The notes under the pieces: generated by a model
Seen by the model: the letters and a program-made list of their open reading frames with translations, nothing else
What the model was told of the DNA's origin: nothing
Databases searched by the model: none
Assembly (NCBI GenBank): GCA_965649825.1
Contig: OZ287702.1
Span: forward strand, 734,786-798,785
Direction: 5' to 3'
DNA length: 64,000 nt
DNA from: Penicillus capitatus
Taxonomy: Eukaryota; Plantae; Chlorophyta
Part shown: piece after piece, positions 24,477 to 41,373 of the stretch
Layout of the letters: every line of letters starts with the position of its first letter
Numbering within the stretch: position 1 is the first letter of the stretch
Program-made: the position numbers and the translations under genes

Positions 24477-25309
24477 CTGCAGTTATCTTGAGCGCACAAG
24501 GATGCTCTTTGCGCTTTTCTTCGCGTCTTTGATTGACTCTGGGTCTTCTGGCACCGTCTGGGCTCACGGATAAGGTGGAAGGGATGTTGGCGTCGAATCG
24601 CACCAATCGATTGCATAGCAACCTTAAGTACTGAACAGAAAAGGAATTTGCTGTCCAGACGTGGTTAGACAACGAACCGGTGACGTTTTCAGCAACACCG
24701 TGGTGTAAGACGTATTAGCTGTAAAGAAGCTGTCACGGATAGACCCAGCCCGTAGGCGTAACATAAGGTGACTGCATTGTTAAATACTGACCGCAAAAAA
24801 TTGTGGCTTTTGAAAAAGTCCGAGGTGGAAGTGCGAAGGAGGTTCGTCAGAATAGACGGGGCAGTGGACCCACCGCAAGGTGTTACGCAGAGTAGGTGCA
24901 ACGTGTCGGCGTGCGTTATGCTTAACGATAATGTTCGGCGTAGCGCATCATTGAAAAACAGATGCATCTTTTAGCGCGGGGTTCTATCCATCCTTGTCTT
25001 TGCCAACCTCACAACAACGACAACTTCATCATCAGTTTTTTTTCAATTGTAGAAAGGATTCTGCGGATGTCTTTCCCTTAAGAACAACCAAATGCAAAGA
25101 TCACTGGTTTATTGATGAATATCGAAAAGTTGACTCTTTGTCAACTGCCCTCGTGTCATTAGACAAAACCTGGAAGAAAGAGGAAAGACAGATGACATAA
25201 GAAGTCTATATGTACACGATAACGCACAGACAATGTCATAAAATGGGCCAATAGACGTTTTGGCAAACCACTCCAGCACGCCAACTTCGATGATACATCA
25301 CTGGCAGAC

Positions 25310-26531
25310 TTAGTTTCGGAGCAATAGACATCGATTGATGGCGTCTCGGTCGAATCTGAAATTGGCAAAGCTCAAACAAGCCACTGCCCCGCCTGCTGTC
25401 TCTGCAGCTGTCTTTGAGGGACTGGTCGATGAGGAAGGAATGTCCTTTATCTTATCGCGGCGTTGCGTCGGGCGATCGACAACAAGTACTTTGGGTTTAT
25501 GGCTCATGATCCATCTTCTAAGCTGTTCAGCGAAAACGTGGACCATGTAGAATCTATGCATCTGGCCCGTCTGGCTGTGATACATCCTGCAAGAATACTC
25601 TTTTGCATTGGGGAGCTCCGAAACTAAGTGCCAAGCCAACGCGCCTATTTCCTGACTCAAACATACGCTCTATCAGAACAACAACAGAAGGATGCGGCCT
25701 GGAACGTGCCTTCCTGGCAAAGGGTTTAAAAGGCATATTCTCTGCGACGTTCTTAATGATGAACAACTTGACCCTTTGCAATCCAGCATGAATCTCTATA
25801 AATTGTCGTTTGTTCAAACGGCTTCTGATATCGAACCCGGTCTCCTCATAAACCTAAGGAACATCGATCCATCTATCCATCTGTCGTGACAGTAACTGCA
25901 CAGGAGACACCGACGCCGTACCTCTCTAATGGCACAATTTTCATCTGTCTCATCCTTCATTCGCTTTCCCCTTGGGAACCCCCAAGCAGCATTCTTGCTC
26001 CATCCTCTTACCAACAGCACTTTATCCATTCTTGGAGAAAGAAGTATGGCACCCATCACTGGTACTGTGTGTTTAAAATCTTGAAATCTCTTCAAGATCA
26101 TTTGAAGATCCCCCTGTCCTTTATCCATTCCTGCAGACGCGTGACAGAGATGGTCTCGCACTTTGTATTGGTCAAGTCCCGGACAGACTTCGAACATCAT
26201 GGAAGCGAATTCTCGTATGGACAAAGACTTCATGCGAGGATGTCTTGGAATAATGTGGTCCTGTGGCGACGGTCCGTTCGTCGATGCACGAACACACGCG
26301 GAACAGCGTGGTCATACCTCATAGTACCAGTGCGCCTCTTCTATCAAGAACAACAGCCGCTCGAACGAACTAACATCATGGACATATCCTTTATACACAA
26401 GCGACGACAAGTTGACGCATCTTACTTCGTATCTTCCAACGGTTTATTGACAACGAAGCGTAAACAGAGCTCTTCGATAAGCTCTCGACTTGGTTTATCA
26501 CGACCTTGAGGACTGTCTGCCATTCTCCCAT
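25310..26531 (-). CDS. DCP2: mRNA decapping enzyme DCP2 (Box A + Nudix); multi-exon
   Basis: Box A IEELCLRFVVN...SFERLLFLIEEAHWYYED, then VPVMGAILL, KVLLVRGW and the Nudix box WGFPRGK...DENCAIREV. Confidence 0.92.
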
Positions 26532-27079
26532 ACACATAAAAACGTAGCGCCGTGTACACGCTCAACGTTCGGGTTGATGCAATTGGTCTAAGATGCTAAT
26601 CAGCTGGACGCTTAAATTGCCATCATCTACGAAGCAAGTCTTGCATCTCTCTCTTTCTACTCACGCAAACAACGACGGCTGGCTATGCATTAAGGGTCCG
26701 ACAGTTCAACATCACATAAAATTGCACAAGGAATGAGGAAGAAAGGAGCGAAAGGCATAAAAAACAACGATGTCACAGAAACTGGATTGAGGACCTAGAC
26801 ATTCGTTATCACAACAACGACAACTACATTACCCACAACACATAGTGTGCAAAAATGCATCAACATTGAAACGACCGCAAACAATTGGGCGGTCCCATTC
26901 AGCGACCCCAGTGAAGGCAATTCTTCGCCCCAAGGGCTTCGGTACTGCGACCCTTGTACGTTATGTACGCGGTCTTCGACGAATCATGTACAGTTGACGG
27001 CTTCTGACCGGCGATCGCGGAAGCCGTCACGATCTTCTTAACTATTCCCGTCTGGACGCGAAAAAACGGTTACAACCGT

Positions 27080-28617
27080 TTATTCTAAAGTACGCGAATA
27101 TATTACCGTTCGATCGGCGGCGAGTCCAGTTGCCCATGGCGGCACACATCGACAGGACGGTGTCGGTGGTTGCTGCTGAGCAAAGTTCTGAATGGGCGTC
27201 AATCGTGTCAGCCCGACGCTCTCTTTCTTTCGACGATTTTGGATTCGTGGCCCCGGCTCAAGGGGCTGCCATCCTGGGTATGGTCCCATCGGAAGTCGGG
27301 AAGGAATAGGAGGGCGATTAGAACACTGCGTCAATCTCTTGGGAAGCGGTCGCAGAGGTGGACGTCGCGTCGCACGACCGAACGGCTCCCTTGGATTTCC
27401 AACGCTGTCAACTGAAGCTTCAGACGCTCGACTTGATTTTTGAAATCCGGAGTAACGGGAAATGATACTGCTACTAGCAGACGTTGTCGACTTCTGACTT
27501 CTGCACAACAACATGGATGGGCTGGTTGGTTGGCTAGCCGGATCTCGATGGAGTGCTTACTTGGTCGGAGTCGGTTCTTTTCGCTGACTAGATTTTTTGG
27601 GTGATCGAGTGATGGACGAGTTGGTGGGCGCTCGGCTGCGGCACCCGGATTTCTGTCACACATACAGTAGTACATAAGAGACATGATGTGACAGCTGTGT
27701 GACGGGCACACGCACTTTGTCAAGTACTTTGACTCGTAGGAGCTGCGTCTTTTCGAAAAATGTTTCAAAGACAGCGAAGTTATTGTTCTGATGAACACTT
27801 CTCGACAGTCCTGGTGAAGAGCATGGAATGGATGAGGAGGATTGATGAGCAAATCGTGTGAAAACCAGCTGAATACGACCGTAATATTTCTTAAAGAATC
27901 CAAGAAGCTTCGATGATGGTCGGTCGTAGGCAATGGTGTTGGCCTGTTCGTTCTCCCCCTCCAAGAAGGCCTAGACACACCCCTCTTACACAAAGCACGC
28001 ACCATCAAACCTGCTGTACTCGAAAGAGTCTGCGGCCGATGCCTCTGCGCTGATAGTTTTCGTGGATGTAAAAATCCAGAACGCACATAGGTTCGCATTC
28101 CTCATAACCATCCTCCTGAAAAAGAGTGAGACAAGAGTGAGACGCTACAGTTTCGCACTTTCTTAAAATACAGATGCTTTCTCCCACACCGAAGTCCACC
28201 AATCACTCGAGTTCCCCTTACCCAGTGCGGCTTGCAGATCAGGTAGAGGCGGTGATCGCTACTCTTCAGGCGATTATAATCTGTTACTGGACGACTCAGC
28301 CCCTAAACACCAATGGCTCACTCTTTTCTGATTTAAAACACTGGCCCGTTTACTTGCGCCTGGGCCGAGTTGCATCCAAACGTGTCTACGATGTCACGAA
28401 TCTTGTCTCTATCTTCAGCAGCGAGGCGCACTAGAACATGTATCCATTTGCATATGAAGCATGGATGAGGATTATGTGACCGCATGTTTTCCTATCCCAG
28501 ACACTAATGGTCACCTGTAAACCATCACACACGAACGTACAAACCGTCCGACAAGCGTCGACGTGTGCACACTTTTCTGCCTTTTAGGAGTCCGGTGACG
28601 GAATATCCAAAATTCAT
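27080..28617 (-). CDS. ATAT1: Alpha-tubulin N-acetyltransferase (ATAT1/MEC-17); multi-exon
   Basis: SDHRLYL, PMCVLDFYIHENYQRRGIGRRLF, IAYDRPSSKLLGFFKKYY and QNNNFAVFETFF. Start and end are approximate. Confidence 0.88.
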
Positions 28618-29246
28618 CGTGTGGAGCGATGGCGTCGTGAATGTGGTGCGTTTTGAACGTTTCGACAGCACAGCTAGGCTAGCAAGCTTATTGTCTGAAC
28701 AATAATCTTTTCAATCGTAAACAATTCAAAGCGAAACTGCGCCGTTCCAAGTGTCACCGAATTCTTGTTCGTTTTTCCACGACGAATGGCAGATTGGACG
28801 CGCATTCATGCAACGGCCAAACGTAACAACCGCCGTTGTCAGATGCATGGCATGCACGGTACCTGCGCATACATAATGAGACCATCTTGATGGATTGATG
28901 AGCGCCATAACGAACCACAAGCAGAACATGAATGTCGACGACGAGAGCAACGACGTCGCACAGAGTCGCGGAAACCCGAAGAGACGCGAAGAGACGACCC
29001 TCCTTTTCCTCAAAGACTTGCCATCACGGTGCGACTCTCCTTCGACAGAGACGAAGCGCGCTTGATAGCCGAAAGTGAAGGGGGACGTTGACGGACTTGG
29101 TAGAGGGCAGCATTCTGCCCAAGAGTCCACGAAAAGGCAGTGCTTACAGTCCACGGACGTTTAGAGGTTGGATGTGGGGATGAGAACAGGAGAGGAGTGG
29201 AAGGTGTGTAGGGTGTTGGCGCTTTGAATGCAGTCCAGAGCCTCCA

Positions 29247-29755
29247 TTGGTGACGGAGTTAAAGAAGGCTCGACGTAAACAGATGGCAAAGACACTCGGT
29301 CGATGCTTCGGCCCCGATTCAAAACCGGATGCGAATGGAAAACGACGTTCTTCAGCATGTCCGGCTGTTCAGAACAAAAGAGCTAAGCAGGCAGGACATC
29401 GACAGACATTGCTGGGCCTTTGCGGTGACCTCTCTCCTCTGCTCGACGATGGAATGGATAGGAAGTGTTATTAGGGAGCGAGGTCGTATCGGAAGATGCC
29501 GTGCAAACCGAGGCAAAACTGAAATCCAAGCTCAAAAGAGACTTGATAGACATTGCAGTAAAACTAGACATTTCGCCGAGAGGGAACAAATCGGAGATAC
29601 TTCATAGACTGATGCACCGTTACCAGCAAGATCGAAGGTCGCTGTCCCATCATCCATCCATCCATGTGCAAGAGAAGGGAACGTCGCCGTCTAGGGATGG
29701 GTGTTTTTCCAGAGGGGGTGGCGGCGGAGGCAGTTCCAGTACATTGGCCGAATAG
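29247..29755 (+). CDS. SAP-like domain protein (5' extent unresolved)
   Basis: LKSKLKRDLIDIAVKLDISPRGNKSEILHRL fits the SAP pattern (L...L...L..RGL...G.K..L..RL). Confidence 0.45.
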
Positions 29756-30073
29756 AGTATATGGAAGGAAGAGAGATGTTGCCCGGTAAAGGAAGGTGTA
29801 CCACTTGTCCTTTACTCTTTTGATAGTTTTCTGTGAAAAGCCTGTGTCATGGATCCATTTTCAAGTCATGGCAAACATGTCGTGAATAGAAAGGCAGCAG
29901 CCTCGCTGCCCCACACTCTGTCCTCTCGTTGAACAATGGAGACATGAAACAATGACTTCGCCGCCACACGAGCTCAATCACACATGAACGCTTCGGTTAC
30001 ACACTGGGACCTCAATGAAAGAGAAGACCGTCGCACACAATATCTGCATCGTCAAAATCGCAGCAGCCTCCCA

Positions 30074-30575
30074 CTACTGACCGTGCTTCCATCGAATCAA
30101 TGCTACACGGGAGGCATCCATCGTTCAGTTGCAGTGGGGAATGGTGACGAGGCGGCGAACAGACCTTGGATATCCGTCTCCGAGACGTTGTACTTGTGGA
30201 GAATCTCTTTGAGGTTGGAAATCTCGCAAGCATTCTCGCCGACTGCTTCATGCTTATCCGTCTAGCACAGCAATACGCGTTACTGGAGTCGTCCGCCCGA
30301 ACCGAGAGTCATAGACTGACTGACCACGTCTGCCTGTTTCTTGACTTTTTTCAGGAGTGTTCTCAGGAGGCGTTCGTCCTGTTTGCTAAAGAACACAGCC
30401 TGCGACCGTGATTTGACAGCCCAACTTTCTCCGCTGCGACGAGGCAAACCTCTTCCGCCGTTTCTTTGTCCTTGAACGTCTCCAATTCGATCGTCATTTT
30501 TCTTTGAGTCTGAAAGATGCTCGGGAGATACTTCGCCTCATGCAGAACGCGAATCGCCGTGCGTGCCAAAGCCAT
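30074..30575 (-). CDS. Mitochondrial F1Fo-ATPase inhibitor IF1-like; 4 exons
   Basis: Spliced product MALARTAIRVLHEAK...TFKDKETAEE|AVFFSKQDERLLRTLLKKVKKQADV|TDKHEAVG...LKEILHKYNVSETDIQALIRWKHGQ. FKDKETAEEAVFFSKQDE matches the IF1 F.KRE.AEE..YF motif. First intron 30400-30449 is GT-AG, phase 0. Confidence 0.7.
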
Positions 30576-30734
30576 CTAGAGTGAAGGAAGGAAGGTGCGT
30601 TCGTGCGTGTGGCTCTGTCGGATAGATGCAGCCGTCTGTCACATCACGGCAGACTGAAGGCTCGGCGACGACATTTGCCTGGCGATTGTTTGTTTGTTCG
30701 TTCGTTCGTTCGCTGCCCTCGGGTTGCATTCAAG

Positions 30735-33700
30735 ATGTCAAACCCACGTCCTCGCGAAGTACTGAACGCGGTGCACAGTGTTAAAGAGAAAGGACCGCCC
30801 GTGGCAGATGGGACGTTGTCGGTGACGGCAGACGCGTCCGAAGCGACGGAGTTCTGTTCGCGACGCTCTGCCCTCGACTTCGTCGCGACGACATCGACGT
30901 ATCTCGAAGACGACTCCGACGGTCGCTGTCGTCGTCTCATCTCACTCATGCGTCACACATCGCCTCTCTCTTAGGAGCAAAACCCGGTGATTTGTATGGC
31001 AAGGTGACGTGGAAAATAGAGCGCTTCTCCGAGACGAGCAAGCGCGAACTGAGGAGCAATGTTTTCGAAGTCGGACAGTATAAGTGGTGTGACCGAGTGT
31101 CAAAGTTTTTCTGGCGAGAGTGCAATGGGTGGATAATGCTTAGGTACATCCTGGTCTATCCCCATGGATGTGACGTTTGCAATCACCTGTCGTTATTCTT
31201 GTGCGTCGCAGACTACGATAAACTCCTACCAGGTGTGATGACGTCTATATATCGATCCATCGTCATCTGGCATTGTGTGACCATCAGGGTGGAGCCATTT
31301 CGCACAGTTTACAATCGCAGTGGTGAACAAGGATCCCAAGAAATCCAAGTACTCAGGTCGCACCCAGTCCTCAGCTCCCACGGATAGCTCTGCCGACGGC
31401 ACGGATCTGTCTGCGTAGATACGTTGCATCGTTTCTGCAAGAAAGAGCACGACTGGGGGTGGAAGAAGTTTATGGAGCTGACCAAGGTATTGGATGGATT
31501 TGCTGTAAACGACACGCTCGTTATCAAAGCGCAAGTCCAAGTCATCAAGTACGCTGTTTCCGTTCGTTTCTGTGGATGATGATGGGATGGGGTCGCAGAG
31601 ATCATGTGGATCGTCCATTTCGATGCCTGGATCCACACTATCGTCAAGAACTTGTGCGTGTCTATCTGTCAAATGTCGAAGGCGTCTGCCGTCGCTTCAT
31701 TGAACAAAGACGCGAAGGGCTGTCGTCTTTGAAAGACCACGCGGAAGAATTCAGAGCATTCTGGACATCCCTCAGCAGGGAGAAAAAGAAAAACATTGTG
31801 GTGGAAACGGAAGATGTAATCTTGAAGGGATTGGTGAAACGCTTCTTCAATGAGAAAGAAGTCACATCCACGCTCGTGATGGATGCCATTTTCTGTGGAT
31901 GTAAACAGATCGAAGAAAAAAGCCGACGCTGGTTAGAGGTCTGTTTATCGGTTGACGGGTGTTTGTTTGAGCGAGGGGTGTTGTTTGGGTAGGGTAGTCG
32001 CAATCGAGGTGACAATCCTGAAGTCATTGTTAATTCCAAGAATGGACTCTTCGTTCTGGGGGGCGATGTTCTGAGCGTTGTTGAATCTGCATCGACTGAA
32101 AATGTTGGAGCATCTGGAAAGGATGACAAAGAGGCTGATGCAGCAACGAACCGCAGTAGTCAATGCGATGAATCCATTAAAGACAGCATCATACGCGACG
32201 AACATCGTTTGGCGGAACTTGGCAGACAGACGGTTGAGATGTATGTCTTGTCTCACATCTTCAACGAGCATATCGAAGTGAGAATTCCGCTGAGAAGGGA
32301 TAAGATGTCGCCGGGCACTGTCTCCATGGTAGATTGCGTATCAAGAGGCAGAAAGCCTAAAGAGGCAGGAAGAATTGTTGAGAGAGGAAGAGGAGGCAGC
32401 GAAGAGAGAGCTACAACGCAAAAGAACCAAAGCGCAGAACGAGAAAGAGAAAAGAGCAAAGCGAAATGTCCGTTGATTTTATGGATCCTGCACAGATGGA
32501 TGGCTGCAGAATTCTTTAGGAAAGGAAGAAGGAGAAGAAGGAGGCAGAGCGGAAGAGAAAGGAAAAAGAAGAGGCAGAACGACGTCGATTGGAGCAAGAA
32601 AAAAAGAAAGAAGCTGAAAGAAAGCGCATTGAAGAACAAGAACAAAGAAGGCAGGACCACACCATCGATAATGCCCTCTGATATCTACCTGCCTGTCTGT
32701 CTGTGAACAGATTATTGGAAGAGAGGTTGGAGAGGGAACATCAGCAGGCGCTCGAAGAAGCCAGATTGCGTGCAGAGAGAAGAGACCGCGAAGAGGCAGA
32801 GAAGAAGGAGGAGGAGCAGAGACTGCAGCAAGCAGCGGTATCCCCTCAGAATAAAGATCCTTCGGTAGATGCTGGCACCACCTATCAAGGGAGAACGCTT
32901 CATTCTGAGAACAAAAATGCTTCGCCCATGGCAGAGACAGTAGAGAGAACCCTCAGCAGTATCTCCTCATCTGGCGATCCCCAAAGCACCCGAGTGATTC
33001 CGGCGAAACCGCTCCCTCCGTGCTCATCTGTTTCAGTAGACCCCCCTGTTGCTGTGACTCCAAAACAGAAAGACGAGATTCAAAGATTGCATGCAAAGAT
33101 TCACTCTCTGGAGAAACAACTTATTGAACGCGATGCCCACGTCATTCGTCTGCAGCAGCAGATCGACACTTTAAAGAGAGAAAAAGAATTAGAAGTAGAA
33201 GAGGAGGAGGTTGTTGCCCCAAGATCTCCAGCACCACAGACGGGCAAGTCGCCATCGGTACGAACAATGGACAATGTCGAGAGTCCAAGCAAATCGTGGT
33301 CCAATCTCACCAAGAACGAAGGGAGAAGAGGCACACGAGGAGGAATGGAGCACACATGTGGTTCCATGTTTGGTAACGCACATCCAGAAATAAATGCCAG
33401 TGTCTCCGCACAGAGCACTGCGTCTTTCAAGGCCGTCAACAAATCGGATGTGCAGGAAAGTGTGCTGCACCACCACCACCACCACCACGAAGTGGGCACA
33501 CATGAAGGCAGAAGTCACAGTTCAGGAGACGAGACATGCTCAGACACAACATTCGTCGATCACTGTCGTTGCACATCGCAGATTTTCAACAGTGCGGATC
33601 ATTCTCAAGTCTCAGACTGTACAACGCACGAAACACGTTCTCTCTCTTCTTTTGGTACACAGCTGGATCATAACGGACATGACTTTGATGGAGGAATGTT

Positions 33701-34324
33701 GCACGATGCTCATCGCTATGGCAGCAGAGGCTATGAAGCGGCGAATGTCTGTGGAGGAGACCTACCCAAACCTGCATCCGCCGCTGCACTGACAAACGCC
33801 TATCCTATGCACGTGCACTCGCACTCTATTGCCCTGACGACACATCACACACATCCACCCGTCTCGCAGATCTATGCACCTGCGGAGCCCAACACGTCAA
33901 GGGCCAATTCCGTGGCTTCCTGCATTCCTACCAGGCAGCAGCAGCATCATCATCATCATACGAATGGACCGCCGCCAATGTATTCTGGATCCTCATTGGT
34001 CGGCAGAAGCTATTCTTTGGATGCCAGCATGAGACTCGTTGACAATGGATCGTACCCTAACTGTCCTGGCTACAACGAGTTTGCTGTTATGCACGATGCT
34101 TTTGGACTGCTCTACGGTGCCATGCCACAGGGAATGCCCTCTCCCGAAGCGCCCATTCAACCGTCCAATATGCTGAGAGTGAGCTTTCCTCTCTTCCTCT
34201 GTCTCTACTGAAAGGCTGCTGTGTGTGATATCGATCGAAGATGTGTGATGGAGTGCGTGTGAATGAATGCAGCTCCCTCGATGATTTCGCCCATTTCTCC
34301 ATTATTAAAGACCTCTTGGATTGA
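30735..34324 (+). CDS. MATH(TRAF)-domain and coiled-coil protein, Arabidopsis TRAF1a/b (MUSE13/14)-like; multi-exon
   Basis: YGKVTWKIERFS, FEVGQYKWYILVYPHGCDVCNHLSLFLCVA, WSHFAQFTIAVVN, DTLHRFCKKEHDWGWKKFMEL and RPFRCLDPHYRQELVRVYLSNVE. Then a coiled coil, a His/Ser-rich tail and terminal DDFAHFSIIKDLLD. Confidence 0.88.
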
Positions 34325-34521
34325 CAACAAACGAGATACTTCCAAAGTTCAAAGTTAGACAGCAATGCGCTTTTATGAATTGCTGACCTCTATCATGAAA
34401 CTTTGAGAATGTTTCGCACTCTTTTGTTGTCTACAGCTATTTTGTCATTGCCCATCTCTTACCATCCCACAAACACCCCGATCGCAGACATCGTGCACCG
34501 GCGGCGCATTCAGATCAAACG

Positions 34522-38451
<3,930 letters not shown>

Positions 38452-38604
38452 TTCTCAGAGATGACTCATCGAGGCGCGTCACATCATCCAACCTTCTAGA
38501 ACGTTGGAGAACAGACCTCTAGGAGGCGCAACCCACAGGCGAAGTGCATTCTGTCCATAACGGCGTTGCGAACGAAGAGCGCTGCTCGCTCATCTCTTTC
38601 ACCC

Positions 38605-41329
38605 ATGTCTCGTCTTATTCGTTGCGTCACGGCTGCACAAGTGAGAGCACGATGCATTCGGATAGGGTTCAGCGTTGTGAGATGGGATCGGTGTGCAGAA
38701 TGCCACTCGTATTCGGCAGCAGCCTCGCATGTTCGCCAGTATGACCCGTAGCGTGGCGTCGACCAATGCGATCTGTTCTGATGCCCATATCTGGCGACAT
38801 CATTCACGATCGTGTCTCCACCGTCGACGTCCGTTTCCCTTTCGAGGGGTCGACCTCTTTCACACAACGATACGCGGAATGCACAATGTCTTGTCTGCGA
38901 CAGCCGAATCCGAAACGAAACCCAGCGAGGAGACATTCGCTTACCAAGCAGAAGTGAGCCAAGAGAGAAAAGCCAAAGGGGGTGGATGATCTCGGTTGTT
39001 TCTCAGGTCGATCGTCTGCTGGATATGATTATCCATAGTCTCTACAGTAATCGCGAGATCTTTTTGAGAGAGCTAATCAGCAATGCCTCCGATGCATTGG
39101 ACAAGCTCCGATTGAGCAGCATTTCGGATGCATCCGTTATGGAGGCCAATTCCAAAATGGAGATCCGTGTCAAAGCCGATCCAGAGGCAAAGACAATCAC
39201 CATCGAGTAAAGCACCCTTCTCGCCTTCGGAACAAGTTGACAGAAGAGTGATGGCAGGGATACAGGGATCGGTATGACACGGGAGCAGTTGCAGGATCAG
39301 TTGGGGACCATTGCGCGTTCGGGGACCAAAAAGTTTATGGAAGCACTAAAGGATGCCAAAGGCGATACCAATTTGATTGGACAGGTAGGTGGGTCCAGTA
39401 TCGAAGGATGATGACCCTCATGCGTTACCCCTTGTGCAGTTCGGTGTTGGATTCTATTCGTCCTTCCTGGTGTCCGACAGAGTCCAGGTGGCCAGCAAGA
39501 CTGCTGAATCGGATGCCGTGTGGGTGTGGGAATCCGAAGCAGGCAGTCATCATTTTACGATCAAGGAAGGCACAGAAGACCTCGAGAGAGGCACCAGAAT
39601 CACGCTGCACATCAAGGAAGACTGTATGGAGTTTGTGGATGCGACAAAACTGAAGGCACTGGTGAAACAGTACTCCGAATTCATTTCATTTCCCATCCAA
39701 CTCTACACCTCATCGCGAGAGCCTATAAAAGTCGAAGACACAGAGGCCACCGCAAAGAAACAAAAGGAAGAGAACGAGGCAGCCGAGAAGGAGGAACGGG
39801 AGGCCAAGACGATTGAACCTGTCACGAAGACAGAATACGAAGACAAATGGGATTGGGAAGTGCAGAATGAAATGAAGCCTATCTGGTTGCAAGACAGCAA
39901 GTCTGTCACCAAGGATCAGTACGAGGTCTTCTACAAGACGACCTTCGGAGAGTTCATTGAACCTGCTGCCTATACGCACTTCAATGTGGAAGGGACATTG
40001 GAATTCAGTGCCCTGCTCTTCATTCCTGGCATGGCACCTTTGGATTACGTAAGCGATATCTGCCGTGATGTGACAGGAGTGAGGGAGCATGGTGTAGGAT
40101 GTGACGACGCGTGCGCAGAACATCCGACTCTATGTCAAACGTGTGTTCATCTCGGATGAATTCGAAGACAGTCTTCTGCCAAAATACCTCACTTTCATCA
40201 AGGGCGTTGTGGATTCCAGCGATCTGCCACTGAACGTGTCCAGAGAGATTCTGCAAGAGAACAGGTTTGAATGGCGGCGTTGTCTGTCGAAAGTCATCTC
40301 TCCTCTGTCGTTGCAGAATCGTACGGGTGATGCGGAAACAGTTGGTGCGTCGATCGATCGACATGATGGAGGAGTTGAGCAAGAGGGAAGACAAATCCGA
40401 ATACATGCGGTTCTATGAATCCTTCAGTGCGTCGAGATCTGTCGATCTTCTGCTTTGGTGATTCTTGTATCGCAGGCAATAGTTTGAAGTTTGGTATTCT
40501 GGAAGATACGACAAACCGTGAGCGTTTGGCTGGTTTGTTGCGATTCTTTTCTTCCAAGAGTGGAGATGAGATGACGAGCATCGACGACTATATCTCCAGA
40601 ATGCACGAGGGTCAAAAATCCATCTTCTACATGGCAGCCGACTCTAAGAAAACTGCCGCCGCCGCTCCGTTCGTAGAGGGTCTTATCAAGAAAGATCTAG
40701 AGGTCTTCTATCTGACAGAGCCTTACGACGAAGTCGCCATCTCGAATCTGGGCAAGTATAAAGACTATGAAATGGTCGATGTCTCCAAAGAAGATGTGCA
40801 ACTTGGAACGGAGGACGAGAAGAAGCTGGAGGAAGTTGCCGAGGAGTACAAGGGCTTGTGTGATTTCGTGAAGGACACATTGAAGGAGAAGATCGAGAAA
40901 GTGACCGTGTCCAATCGACTGACCGATTCGCCGTGCACCGTATCGACGTCCAAGTTTGGCTGGAGTGCCAATATGGAGCGCCTGATGAAGAGTCAGCCCA
41001 TGCACGATTCCAAAGCCGTCGAGTATATGAAAGGGAAGAAGATTATGGAGATCAATCCTGAGCATCCTCTGATCAAGAGCCTGAGAGAAGAGATCGAACT
41101 GAATGAGATGTCCAAGAAGGCCAAGGTGATCTCGGAGCTGCTCTACGAAACGGCACTGCTCACTTCTGGCTTCTCGATCGATTCGCCGAAGACCTACGCA
41201 CAGAAAGTCTACTCCATGATCTCCAAGGCTGTCCAGAAACCCACAAGTGCCAAGACGGCGCCGCCAGTGGCAACAGAAACGGTCGAGACAGTGATGCCCG
41301 ATGCCGTCGAAGAGCCAAAGAATGAGTGA
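38605..41329 (+). CDS. HSP90C: Organellar (chloroplast-type) HSP90, HSP90C/HSP90-5-like; multi-exon
   Basis: Ser/Arg-rich transit peptide, then [54 protein letters not shown] and [12 protein letters not shown]. No C-terminal MEEVD or ER retention signal. Confidence 0.88.
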
Positions 41330-41373
41330 TTGAGTGTGCTTGTTATAAGAAGGGTGCTTACACAAGAGATCTT

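Noticed and set aside
30690-30715. (GTTT)/(GTTC)n microsatellite upstream of the MATH gene
   Set aside because: It is an ordinary short 5' UTR simple repeat.
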